Source: a virus
Direction: 5' to 3' (one strand)
DNA length: 64,000 nucleotides
IMG/VR virus record: IMGVR_UViG_3300027899_000001
Coordinates: 334,373 to 398,372 of that record
The translations under genes and the position numbers were made by a program. The notes below the pieces were generated by a model. That model did not search any database. It was not told the DNA's origin and saw only the letters and a program-made list of their open reading frames with translations. Below are positions 1 to 8,388 of this stretch, in pieces. Position 1 is the stretch's first letter, and the number at the start of each line of letters is the position of its first letter.

Positions 1-485
1 CCTTCTATTTTTTTATTACAGTTAATACAAAAACTATATGTATCTTCTTTTAAATTTATTTTTCTATTTTTATTATTAACAAATCCTACTATTTCTCCTC
101 TTCTAATTTTATCTTTAACAATTTTACTAAAATTCTTTTTTGATTCTTCTGTTCTTATATGTGTATTTGCACAAATTCTAGAACAATAATACTTTTCTTT
201 TTTAGGTTTATCTGTATTACATTCTTTTATTATTATTTCTTTATTACATTTACAACAATTTACATTAAATGAATTCCATTTATTTTCAAAATGTTCTTTA
301 CTTTTTTTTCGGGTTTCATCATTTTTAAAAAGATATCCTTTGTGTTCCCATCTATGATGATTTGCTTTTGCTTGAAAAGTTTCAAATTCTAAATTACATT
401 CTCCACATTTATACATAATAGTTTTATTTTATATATTCATGTGGAGAACATAATTATTGAATTCGTGTGTTAAATTTTTGTTAAA

Positions 486-559
486 GTGGAACCATCCGGC
501 TTCGAACCGGAGACTGGTGCTTGCAGGGCACCTGTGTTTGCCAGCTATACCATGATCCC
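486..559 (-). tRNA. tRNA with perfect GGTGC/GCACC anticodon stem and loop CCTGCAA, so the anticodon reads UGC (Ala) but with an unusual C33
   Basis: The reverse complement gives acceptor GGGATCA/TGGTTCC and T-arm TCCGG-TTCGAAG-CCGGA; cloverleaf parsed by eye. Confidence 0.5.
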
Positions 560-565
560 TTTTTG

Positions 566-648
566 CACGTAAGGTAGGATTCGAACCCACGAACTCTTTC
601 GAGGCTGGTTTTGGAGACCAGTGCCTTTAACCACTCGGCAACTTACGC
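566..648 (-). tRNA. class II (long variable arm) tRNA with apparent anticodon CCA
   Basis: Acceptor GCGTAAG/CTTACGT with G73, D-arm GCCGAGTGGTTAAAGGC (Ser-like), anticodon stem CTGGT/ACCAG with loop CTCCAAA, 14-nt variable arm, T-arm GTGGG-TTCGAAT-CCTAC. Confidence 0.55.
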
Positions 649-654
649 ATTTTG

Positions 655-730
655 CGATCCGTAGGGGTATCGAACCCCTTGTTTTACTTGGGTGACAGCC
701 AAGTTCTTCATCCTCAAAGCCTAACGGACC
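655..730 (-). tRNA. tRNA-Asp(GUC) candidate with an atypical D-region
   Basis: Anticodon stem CTTGG/CCAAG with loop CTGTCAC, T-arm AGGGG-TTCGATA-CCCCT, acceptor GGTCCGT/ACGGATC. Confidence 0.45.
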
Positions 731-739
731 ATTTAAATT

Positions 740-1432
740 TTAATTATTATTTTTAAAATATATTTGTTCATATTTTTTTATATCATTTAGAAATATAATT
801 TCTACATTATTATAATGAGATAAAATATACTTCATTTTAATTTTATCTTTATTACTATACCAACCTTTTACTTCAAAAAATTTTTGTAAATTTGGACACC
901 AGAAATCAGGAAAATATAAATGTTCTTTTTTATTATCATCAATCCAAATTAAATTTAAATTATCTTTATATGAAACAGGTTTTACCCAATCTTTATCTAG
1001 ATAATTTAAAATTTCTGCAAATCGTTTTTCATATGTTCCTTGAACTTTAACTATAGTTCCATCTAATTTTTTAGTTTCGTACCATTTACATCTTCTACTG
1101 CCTCCACTAGCATGCTTACCCCCACCCCCTTTATTATTTTTAGAAATTTGTTCCTTTGCTATTTGTGTATGCTTATATAAACTTTTTCTACCTTTTATGG
1201 GTGAAATTTTACCTTTATTTGGATGCCAATTTTTTCCTTTTTCTGTATGACAAGCCCATATATGAAATTTTACATTTTTAAATTCTTTATTACAATATGG
1301 ACATTGTTTTATAAATTTTTCTTTTTTTACTTTTACTTTTATTATTCCACATTTATCATAATGTTTTTTAAAATTTGATATACTAATTTCTTTGTTACAT
1401 TTATCACAAACTTTTTTAGTTCTTGATTTCAT
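740..1432 (-). CDS. zinc-finger plus PD-(D/E)XK nuclease, likely a freestanding homing endonuclease (paralog of 25884..26549 and 43701..44504)
   Basis: N-terminal CxxC...C2H2-like fingers (CPYCNKEF...HIWACH) and C-terminal YFPDFWCPNL...FEVKG PD-ExK signature; sits between two tRNA clusters. Confidence 0.6.
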   Translation of the reverse strand: MKSRTKKVCDKCNKEISISNFKKHYDKCGIIKVKVKKEKFIKQCPYCNKEFKNVKFHIWACHTEKGKNWHPNKGKISPIKGRKSLYKHTQIAKEQISKNNKGGGGKHASGGSRRCKWYETKKLDGTIVKVQGTYEKRFAEILNYLDKDWVKPVSYKDNLNLIWIDDNKKEHLYFPDFWCPNLQKFFEVKGWYSNKDKIKMKYILSHYNNVEIIFLNDIKKYEQIYFKNNN

Positions 1433-1520
1433 ATGAATTATTTTTTATTTATTATATTCATATTAACTCTTTTAGTTTTGCTACTTTTAAAAGTAACTCC
1501 ATTCCATTACTACTACTTAG

Positions 1521-1592
1521 TGCGGATAGAGGTAATCGAAACCTCATCTTAAGTTTGGAAGACTTGTACACTAGCCATTGTGCTATACCCGC
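1521..1592 (-). tRNA. tRNA-Gly(UCC)
   Basis: Acceptor GCGGGTA/TATCCGC, anticodon loop CTTCCAA, T-arm GAGGT-TTCGATT-ACCTC. Confidence 0.6.
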
Positions 1593-1715
1593 ATGATACT
1601 GAGAAAATTTAGAAGAATAAATTGCCGCGCCATTGCGGCTATTTCCCCTTATTATTATTTGGCGGGGAAATTCAGAATCGAACCGATGTAATTCTTACAG
1701 TTACTACAGTATTTG

Positions 1716-1788
1716 TGACCCCACCCAGAGTCGAACTGGGACAACTTGCTTAAAAGGCAAGGATTCTATCCATTGAAATTATGAGGTC
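1716..1788 (-). tRNA. tRNA-Lys(UUU)
   Basis: Parses as a canonical 73-nt cloverleaf: acceptor GACCTCA/TGGGGTC, anticodon stem CTTGC/GCAAG with loop CTTTTAA, T-arm CCCAG-TTCGACT-CTGGG. Confidence 0.65.
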
Positions 1789-1829
1789 AATTGCCAACAT
1801 GTCAAAGATCGTTGTTCTAAGTAGAACGT

Positions 1830-1865
1830 AAAAAAGCGGGAACTTTTGAGGAACCCGCTTTTTAG
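1830..1865. terminator. bidirectional rho-independent terminator
   Basis: GCGGGaacttttgaggaaCCCGC hairpin flanked by an A-run and a T-run. Confidence 0.5.
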
Positions 1866-2069
1866 ATTATTATGATTGTCTTTATTTACCAATCAAATAT
1901 ATCATATATACTGCGGGCGTAAGTTTTCCTCTAATGCCATTATCATTAGCATTCCAGTTGTTCACCATATGTTTCGCCATGCGTATCATTTTCTGCGTTG
2001 TTTAATTTATTATTTTATTTATATATATTAGCAAAGTTTTAATTTTTTACCACTAAATGCAAATTATTT

Positions 2070-2176
2070 ATTTTTTTTCTTACTAATTTTATACATTGTA
2101 AATAGAAAAGTAAATGCTAACAAAATAACTCCTAATTCAAATATAAATACTTTCCAAAATATTATAGTATCGTTCA
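2070..2176 (-). CDS. small hydrophobic ORF (about 35 aa), not in the ORF track
   Basis: ATG at 2176 lies 17 nt downstream of a copy of the conserved promoter motif; translation MNDTIIFWKVFIFELGVILLAFTFLFTMYKISKKKNK. Confidence 0.35.
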
Positions 2177-2190
2177 TAACATTTAATTTA

Positions 2191-2233
2191 GAGTGTAAAT
2201 ATAATACTAATTTCTGAATTAAAAAAATATTTT
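2191..2233 (-). promoter_or_regulatory. conserved promoter-like motif, copy 1
   Basis: gtgtaaatataatactaatttctgaattaaaaaaatatttt; in gene sense this is AAAATATTTTTTT..TCAA/TTCAG..TTATATTTACAC. Confidence 0.5.
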
Positions 2234-2238
2234 ATCAA

Positions 2239-2838
2239 TTATTTTCTAATAATATGATTATTTATTTTTTGAGGCATAGCTGCTTCTATTAGTTTATCTG
2301 AAAATTGAATATTAGGACATTTCTTTTGCGCTTTTTCAAGAAATACTTTATACTCGTTTATATATTTTTTATAGTTCGCGTATACATAAATTAATCTATT
2401 GCTTTCTCCAATTGCTATTGTATTTGAGTCTCCTACTCTTTGAACAGTTAAAAATTTAGATTTTGTAGGAAGAACTGTAGTCCAATTTTTATTTGTTTCT
2501 TGTAGTACTAATTGTTCAGCTTTTAACACTGAAAGAATATCATTGTGAATATTATTAGGTCTAAATTCTAAAAATAAATCTCCGTTTTCTATTATTACTC
2601 CTCTAACATCTTTTCCAAAATTGGTTAAATATTCTGGATTTCTCCATATTATAAAATCTTCATTTCTATAAAAAGGTTTTTTATCTCCTTTAAGTTTTTG
2701 TTTTTCTTGTTCTTCTTTATACTTTTTTTCAAATTCTTCATGTTCTCTTGGAACTCTTGATAAATTAGAATCTTGAGCAATAAACTTATCTGATATACTC
2801 TCTTCTATTTTAATATTTTCACGAACAATCTTTAACAT
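2239..2838 (-). CDS. hypothetical protein whose N-terminus (MLKIVRENIKIEESISDKF) is weakly related to the EKF/DMGIG-leader family
   Basis: 199 aa ORF; only the first ~18 residues resemble the family leader. Confidence 0.5.
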   Translation of the reverse strand: MLKIVRENIKIEESISDKFIAQDSNLSRVPREHEEFEKKYKEEQEKQKLKGDKKPFYRNEDFIIWRNPEYLTNFGKDVRGVIIENGDLFLEFRPNNIHNDILSVLKAEQLVLQETNKNWTTVLPTKSKFLTVQRVGDSNTIAIGESNRLIYVYANYKKYINEYKVFLEKAQKKCPNIQFSDKLIEAAMPQKINNHIIRK

Positions 2839-2853
2839 TTTTAATTTATATAT

Positions 2854-3063
2854 TCAATTTAAACCTATAGCAGTGAAACCTATTAGATAAGTATTATACA
2901 CTTTAAATATATGATATTCTTTTTTAACAGCTTGATATTGAGCATATGCTTCAAGAGATATAAATTCATTAATAGTTACTTTAGCCTGATCAAAACAATA
3001 TAACAATACATGATGCTGTCCAAGAGCTGCTGCATAAGTTGCAAAAATTTCTTTCTTTTTCAT
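2854..3063 (-). CDS. hypothetical small protein; the start is probably the internal Met (MKKKEIF), giving an ATGA overlap with the upstream gene
   Basis: The track ORF 2854..3129 overlaps 3060..3440 by 70 nt; using the internal ATG gives the 4-nt overlap seen elsewhere in this operon. Confidence 0.4.
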   Translation of the reverse strand: MKKKEIFATYAAALGQHHVLLYCFDQAKVTINEFISLEAYAQYQAVKKEYHIFKVYNTYLIGFTAIGLN

Positions 3064-3440
3064 AATAAATCTATCATTTCTTGAGTTAGTGTTCCTTGTA
3101 ATAATGTACAATTTGCAGGAGACCCCCAATATTCAATTTTATCTACTTCATAAAATCCTATTCTTTTGAACATTGAAGCTAATTTTTTAGTTATAGAAGC
3201 TGCTTGTAATAAAGTTTCAGGAGGAAAATAAGAAAGTAACTGTTTTAACATTAATTTAAATTTTCCAGTTCCTCTATATTCTTTAAAAACTATACTTCCA
3301 TTAAGAATAACCAAACCATTTGGATATTCTTTATTTATAATATAAAAATAGTCTATATTACCATATTGTGTTTCAAATATATGTGGCGTGAAGATCACCT
3401 CGTTATCATCGAGTGATTCTCTGACTACTTTAGTATCCAT
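3060..3440 (-). CDS. GNAT-family N-acetyltransferase (small)
   Basis: Motif-A-like segment VFKEYRGTGKFKLMLKQLL (R-x-x-G-x-G); about 126 aa. Confidence 0.45.
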   Translation of the reverse strand: MDTKVVRESLDDNEVIFTPHIFETQYGNIDYFYIINKEYPNGLVILNGSIVFKEYRGTGKFKLMLKQLLSYFPPETLLQAASITKKLASMFKRIGFYEVDKIEYWGSPANCTLLQGTLTQEMIDLL

Positions 3441-3475
3441 CTTATATGGTTATATTAAAATTTATTTATGTTCTT

Positions 3476-3521
3476 AGAGAGTAAATATAATAAAATTTTT
3501 TGATATAAAAAAATATTTTAT
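3476..3521 (-). promoter_or_regulatory. conserved promoter-like motif, copy 2
   Basis: gagagtaaatataataaaattttttgatataaaaaaatatttt, about 40 nt upstream of the ATG at 3440. Confidence 0.5.
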
Positions 3522-3530
3522 CAATTATTT

Positions 3531-3731
3531 TTATTCTTCTTTTATATAAGCGTTTTTTACTTTAACGTTTTTCTTTACAGCATTTATAAACTGCCATGGA
3601 TTTTCAATTCCATAAATTTCTTTTCTATAATTATTATCATATATTATGACTACACAATATGTAACAGGTTTAAGAGGCACATACCCATTAAAAAAGGATT
3701 TTGGATTATATGATTTAAAAAAATCACTCAT
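3531..3731 (-). CDS. hypothetical protein
   Basis: 66 aa ORF, ATGA-overlapped with the downstream gene. Confidence 0.4.
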   Translation of the reverse strand: MSDFFKSYNPKSFFNGYVPLKPVTYCVVIIYDNNYRKEIYGIENPWQFINAVKKNVKVKNAYIKEE

Positions 3732-4069
3732 TTATGTACTTTAAATCCTTTATCTTTTAGTAGTGCTTGTATACCAGATCTATACCAACTAAACGCAGTT
3801 TGAGGATTACCTTTAACTGTAATATATTTTGTAATAAAATCTCCTATTTTTTGATCATATTTATGAGGAAACCAGTTATCAGCAGATCTTATTATATCTT
3901 CAGGAATTTCACGTGTTTCTAAGATTTGATGTAAATGATCTACTATCCATTTATCTAATTCTAACCAAGTATTAAAATCGCGATGTACATAAAGTCCAAT
4001 TCCCATATCTTCTATAGGATCCGATTCTTCTTTAAATACTTCATTTATATTTTCTCTAACTAATTTCAT
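3728..4069 (-). CDS. EKF/DMGIG-leader family protein
   Basis: N-terminus MKLVRENINEVFKEESDPIEDMGIG. Confidence 0.7.
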   Translation of the reverse strand: MKLVRENINEVFKEESDPIEDMGIGLYVHRDFNTWLELDKWIVDHLHQILETREIPEDIIRSADNWFPHKYDQKIGDFITKYITVKGNPQTAFSWYRSGIQALLKDKGFKVHK

Positions 4070-4890
4070 TCGTAAAAAGGCATTTTAACTTTACAAATCT
4101 TTCTAATTTTCGCTTCAGTAATTCCATAATGCATAGACATACAAACAGTTCCATCTATTCTTTTTGGAAATCCTTTTAATGATCTTATATCGTTATCTGA
4201 TGCATTAAAATCTTCTTTTACATATTCAGGAAATCCTATGCATGATTGTATAGTTCCTGGAACACAAAAATTTCCATACACATGGTGAAATTTAATATAT
4301 TCAGGAAGTTTTTTATATTTTGGATAAGTATTTCTAACACAATATAAATTTACTTGACCTTGTACTGTAATGCTTAAATCTTTATTTATAGTATAATCAA
4401 TAATATTCATTTCTTTAAGCCAATCTTTAATCTTTTTAATGATTCCTATACCCATGTCTTGAATAGGATCAGTATCTTCAGCAAATTTTTCATTAACTGA
4501 TTCATTTATTTTTAATACATCAAAATATTCGTCCCAAACTTCTATAGGGGCAGATCCATATGTATAATAATATCCTCCCGAATCTATATACCTTCTTGCT
4601 GTTATAGCGTTCTGCACATTATCTCCAAAATTAATTATTACTAAACTTAAAATATTTTTTTCTTTGTTTACTTCTTTAACTATACTAGTATTGCCTTTAC
4701 GAATTCTTGCGGTGACCTTTTCAATATTTTCGTCAAAAATAATATCATTGTTTTTTTGATATAAATCTTGTTTAACTATAATTATATCTCCTTTCTTTAT
4801 TCTCGTAAATTTAGATCCAATACCTAAATCCCATATGGGATCAGTTCCTTGTTCAAATTTTTCATTTATATGTTCTTTTACTATTTTCAT
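4066..4890 (-). CDS. EKF/DMGIG-leader family protein with two tandem modules
   Basis: N-terminus MKIVKEHINEKFEQGTDPIWDLGIG and a second internal copy VLKINESVNEKFAEDTDPIQDMGIG near residue 127; ATGA overlap with 3728..4069. Confidence 0.7.
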   Translation of the reverse strand: MKIVKEHINEKFEQGTDPIWDLGIGSKFTRIKKGDIIIVKQDLYQKNNDIIFDENIEKVTARIRKGNTSIVKEVNKEKNILSLVIINFGDNVQNAITARRYIDSGGYYYTYGSAPIEVWDEYFDVLKINESVNEKFAEDTDPIQDMGIGIIKKIKDWLKEMNIIDYTINKDLSITVQGQVNLYCVRNTYPKYKKLPEYIKFHHVYGNFCVPGTIQSCIGFPEYVKEDFNASDNDIRSLKGFPKRIDGTVCMSMHYGITEAKIRKICKVKMPFYE

Positions 4891-4914
4891 ATATTCTATT
4901 TATCTAACAAAACA

Positions 4915-4943
4915 AAAGGCCAAGATTATAAAACCTTGGCCTT
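4915..4943 (-). terminator. hairpin GGCCAAG..CTTGGCC followed by a T-run on the minus strand
   Basis: ggccaagattataaaaccttggcc; in minus-strand sense it is followed by TTTTGTTTTGTT and lies just upstream of the start of 4066..4890. Confidence 0.4.
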
Positions 4944-4949
4944 TCAATA

Positions 4950-5560
4950 TCGTCTGAGAAAAATTAGGAAGCGTGTTTTTATAAGTTGTCTCTTATGCTC
5001 TAACCTACTTATCAATCTGTCCTGTACGTGATTAAAAGACGCCTAAGACACCGCACCTTCGGGAATTACGGCCCTTTCGGGAAAATTGATGTTCAGAATC
5101 AAGAGCGCTGTCATAGTTTGAATTTATCTAGGTTGCCGAAATCCATCAGCTGGGTTTTAACTATGTTGCCATAGAAAAAAGGTTTCGAAGTACCGCTTGA
5201 CCTTACTACAGATGTTGTTTAAAATATAACTGAGAATTGTTGTTTTGTGCGTTTTAAGGAATTATCTTTCCGAAAATCGTTGCGGTGATTTTCAATACCG
5301 TGCTGTGTTGTGTAGGCCGAAGCCGCAAACCTTGAGCGTTATTTAACTGATTTAATTGGCATTGCTGCCGATCAATAGTATGACTCTTTCGAGCCAGAAG
5401 TTGCCGAGGCAACGTTTTGTTGGTTTCGAAGTATCACAAAAACTTCACTACAGTTTTATTATTAAAAATTTTAAAGAACTTTTATATACTATATATGGAT
5501 TTAAAAAGTATTAGTTTTATAACTTAATGCATTTATTTCATTAATATATAAAATAAAAGT
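4950..5560. other. GC-rich (about 45-50%) non-coding island with stable tetraloop hairpins; candidate structured RNA or intron/mobile-element remnant
   Basis: No ORF of 60 aa or more; CTTCGG and CTTTCGG tetraloop hairpins; two copies of the GTTTCGAAGTA..CTTACTACAG repeat (about 5181-5210 and 5419-5448); composition contrasts with the flanks. Confidence 0.4.
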
Positions 5561-5570
5561 AGTAAGTTTT

Positions 5571-6146
5571 ATGATTAAAGAAGAAAAACATCATTATGTA
5601 TATTTAACTACTAATCTTATCAATGGTAAACAATATATTGGTGATAGAACATGTAAATGTAATCCTGAAAATGATAAGTATTTAGGAAGTGGCAGACCAT
5701 ATTTTCAAAATGCTATTAAAGAATATGGAAAAAATAATTTTAGCAAACAAATACTTGAATGTTTTAATACAAGAGAAGAAGCTTTTAATGCCCAAGAAAA
5801 ATATATTATACAATATAATACGCTTATTCCTAATGGATATAATATAAGTCCTAAAGGTGGCCATAATGTTAAAGAATGTTGGAGCAAAGAATCTAAAGAA
5901 AAATGCAGTAACACTAAAAAAGGAAAAATTGGATATTGGAAAAATAAAAAATTATCAGAAGAACATATTAAACATTTAAAAGAAAATCATAAAGGAATGT
6001 TAGGAAAATATCATTCAGATGATTCTAAATTACAACTTAGTAATTCAATGAAAATCAAAAATAACGGAAAAGAAACAGAAGAACATAAACAAAAAATAAA
6101 ATTAAGTATGCAAAATTATTGGGCAAAAAAGAAATTAGTGCATTAA
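5571..6146 (+). CDS. GIY-YIG homing endonuclease (Seg/I-TevI-like)
   Basis: N-terminus HYVYLTTNLINGKQYIGD matches GIY-YIG; the basic C-terminal repeats (GKIGYWKNKKLSEEHIKHLKENHKG) resemble NUMOD DNA-binding modules; it is on the opposite strand to its neighbours. Confidence 0.8.
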   Translation: MIKEEKHHYVYLTTNLINGKQYIGDRTCKCNPENDKYLGSGRPYFQNAIKEYGKNNFSKQILECFNTREEAFNAQEKYIIQYNTLIPNGYNISPKGGHNVKECWSKESKEKCSNTKKGKIGYWKNKKLSEEHIKHLKENHKGMLGKYHSDDSKLQLSNSMKIKNNGKETEEHKQKIKLSMQNYWAKKKLVH

Positions 6147-6150
6147 TTTT

Positions 6151-6363
6151 CTATCTTGTAATTGCAACATCTCCAGTAGAACTTATAACTACAACATAAT
6201 GTGTATTATTCATATCTAGTTGATAAACTGAAGCTTTTCCATCTAACGTTGTAACTTTATAAGAAGATTGCGGGGGTGCTACAACTTTAGTTGCAGCAAA
6301 TACAGTTATAGCAAAAAGTAAAACAAGTGTTACTAAAACAATAATAAATTTTGGAGTTTTCAT
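6151..6363 (-). CDS. small secreted protein
   Basis: N-terminal signal peptide MKTPKFIIVLVTLVLLFAITVFAAT. Confidence 0.45.
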   Translation of the reverse strand: MKTPKFIIVLVTLVLLFAITVFAATKVVAPPQSSYKVTTLDGKASVYQLDMNNTHYVVVISSTGDVAITR

Positions 6364-6364
6364 G

Positions 6365-7579
6365 TTATTTTATATTAAGTTGATATTTACAAAATTCTAT
6401 CATTTTTTCATCTCCTGTATGTTTTCCTTCTGAATCAGACAATTTAATACAAGGTACCCATTCATCGTCAGGATCAGGTTTTGCTGCAATTAGTTTAATA
6501 ACCATATTAAGTGGGTTAACTCCAACATCATTAGATAAATTTGTGCCTATTCCCATTGCGCATTTAATTTCTTTATTACATGATTTTGTTAATTCAATTG
6601 CAAGATCAGGATTAAGATTATCTGAAAAAATTATAGTTTTATCATTGGGGTCAATTCCCATACTTTGATAATGTTTAATAACTTTTTCTGCAAAATGAAA
6701 TGGATTTCCACTATCATGTCTTACACCATCAAAAAGCTTTGAGAATTTTTTTCCAAATGATTTAAAGAATGATTCTGTTGTAAATGTATCTGTAAGAGCA
6801 ATTCCAAGATCACCTTGATAAACATTTGACCAGTTTTCAAGAGCTAAAAAATTTGCTTGTTTAAATCCATATTTTGCAGCATGAAACATAAACCATTCAT
6901 GTGCATGAGTTCCTATTGGAGTAAGATTAAACATATGAGCAAAGTGTACATTAGAAGTTCCATTAAAATTATCTCTCATACTAAATGCTAAATCTTCTAC
7001 AACTTCTTTTTGATTTTCATATGAATATCTTCTACGAGTTCCAAATTCAGAAATCTTAACTCCATGATTATTAAATAATGCAGCTTTTTTTAGATTATTT
7101 TGTTCTCTTTCTACTCTTGAATTTATTTTTTCTCCCGTCATTTTAAAATACAATTCAGATATAAGAGCAAGAAGTGGAACTTCCCAAAGAATTGTACGAT
7201 ACCAGTAGCCTTCTACAGTTACTTGAAGTTCACTTCCATTTTGTATAACTCCAACTTCTGAAGGATTATATCTATATCCTGCCAAAAAATCAAAATACGC
7301 AGGATCGATATATTTACATTTAGTTTCAAAGAAGTGTTTTTCTGCAGTCAAAAGTTTAAGAGAAGACATATGAGAAATTTGTAATCTTAGTTCTTCTGCA
7401 AATCCTTCTGGAAAATTTACTTTTGAACGAACTATTAATGCATATTTAACTTTTGCTCTTGGAAAAAGTTTTAACACTGCATTCATCATACTAAATTTAT
7501 AAAGATCGTTATCGAGTATTGATGTAATTATAGGTTCCATTTTATATTTTTTTAGCATGAAAATAAGTGACTCCATCAA
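6365..7579 (-). CDS. pncB: nicotinate phosphoribosyltransferase
   Basis: N-terminus TSILDNDLYKFSMMNAV and GTHAHEW are characteristic of PncB; about 404 aa. Confidence 0.85.
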   Translation of the reverse strand: MMESLIFMLKKYKMEPIITSILDNDLYKFSMMNAVLKLFPRAKVKYALIVRSKVNFPEGFAEELRLQISHMSSLKLLTAEKHFFETKCKYIDPAYFDFLAGYRYNPSEVGVIQNGSELQVTVEGYWYRTILWEVPLLALISELYFKMTGEKINSRVEREQNNLKKAALFNNHGVKISEFGTRRRYSYENQKEVVEDLAFSMRDNFNGTSNVHFAHMFNLTPIGTHAHEWFMFHAAKYGFKQANFLALENWSNVYQGDLGIALTDTFTTESFFKSFGKKFSKLFDGVRHDSGNPFHFAEKVIKHYQSMGIDPNDKTIIFSDNLNPDLAIELTKSCNKEIKCAMGIGTNLSNDVGVNPLNMVIKLIAAKPDPDDEWVPCIKLSDSEGKHTGDEKMIEFCKYQLNIK

Positions 7580-8009
7580 TTTCTGTCATATCAAGAATTT
7601 TAAATTGATATGCACTAAATAATGCTGTTACAATTCTTGGTGTTAACGATCTATCAATTTTATTATCTAATAAATTAAATATAACATCTATAAGCTTTCC
7701 ATATAATATATGAGTTTTTAAACTCAACATAGGTTTACTTGCTATAAATTTTCCATATACATAAGTATTCTTTTTTAAAAGATTATTAAAATCTTTAATA
7801 GTATCGTCTAAATATTTAATTTCATTTAATTTTTTAAGATGAACAAGCGTTTTAATTCCTTTTAGTTCATCTTTATCATAGAAATAAAAATGTTTTCCCG
7901 AAAGAAATAAAACTTTTTCATCTTTAACTTTTTTATGTTTTTGCACATATGCATGCATAACATGATCATATGTTTCATCTTTATATTGAATATCATTAAA
8001 ACTTTTCAT
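7542..8009 (-). CDS. hypothetical protein
   Basis: 155 aa ORF in the operon. Confidence 0.4.
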   Translation of the reverse strand: MKSFNDIQYKDETYDHVMHAYVQKHKKVKDEKVLFLSGKHFYFYDKDELKGIKTLVHLKKLNEIKYLDDTIKDFNNLLKKNTYVYGKFIASKPMLSLKTHILYGKLIDVIFNLLDNKIDRSLTPRIVTALFSAYQFKILDMTEIDGVTYFHAKKI

Positions 8010-8011
8010 TA

Positions 8012-8377
8012 TTATCTTATTCTAAATGTATCAAAAAATGTTCTAAACGATAGTCTTTTTTTCAAAATTATTGTTTCAGATACGTATTGAGTATCATTTT
8101 CATAATATTTTGTTCCTTTAGGAATTATGAATTTAAATACAGTTAAGTAAGAATGAGCATCATCTGCCGCAATTTTAAAACTTTTATATGAATGATAGCC
8201 TATGTTAATAGAAACTTGATCATAATAAAAAGTAGCATCAAATTCTACTTTTTTATTTAAAAGATTTTTAGTATATTGAAAATCTGTAAACCAAGATATT
8301 CCTCTTCTAGTCATAGTTTTATAACAAACTATATCTTTTTTTGCTGTTTTAAGAACATTTTTTCCAGTAAAACACAT
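8012..8377 (-). CDS. hypothetical protein
   Basis: 121 aa ORF. Confidence 0.4.
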   Translation of the reverse strand: MCFTGKNVLKTAKKDIVCYKTMTRRGISWFTDFQYTKNLLNKKVEFDATFYYDQVSINIGYHSYKSFKIAADDAHSYLTVFKFIIPKGTKYYENDTQYVSETIILKKRLSFRTFFDTFRIR

Positions 8378-8388
8378 ATTTTTAATTT

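Noticed and set aside
1600-1715. A circularly permuted tRNA gene
   Set aside because: The 3' half and 5' half can be drawn, but the anticodon arm does not form. The simpler explanation is two adjacent hairpins used for processing or termination.
2191-2233. Reading the common motif as a sigma-70 promoter because it contains TATAAT and TTGACA/TTGATA
   Set aside because: On the strand where these hexamers occur the order is -10 then -35 (reversed), and the genes are on the opposite strand. The hexamers are coincidental reverse complements within an A/T-rich gene-sense motif.
4950-5560. tmRNA or RNase P RNA in the GC-rich island
   Set aside because: No tRNA-like acceptor/T-arm terminus (GGTTCGAnTCC...CCA) on either strand and no RNase P P4 consensus (GGAAAGTCCGG.../ACAGAA.CCGGCTTA). 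Left as an unclassified structured region.
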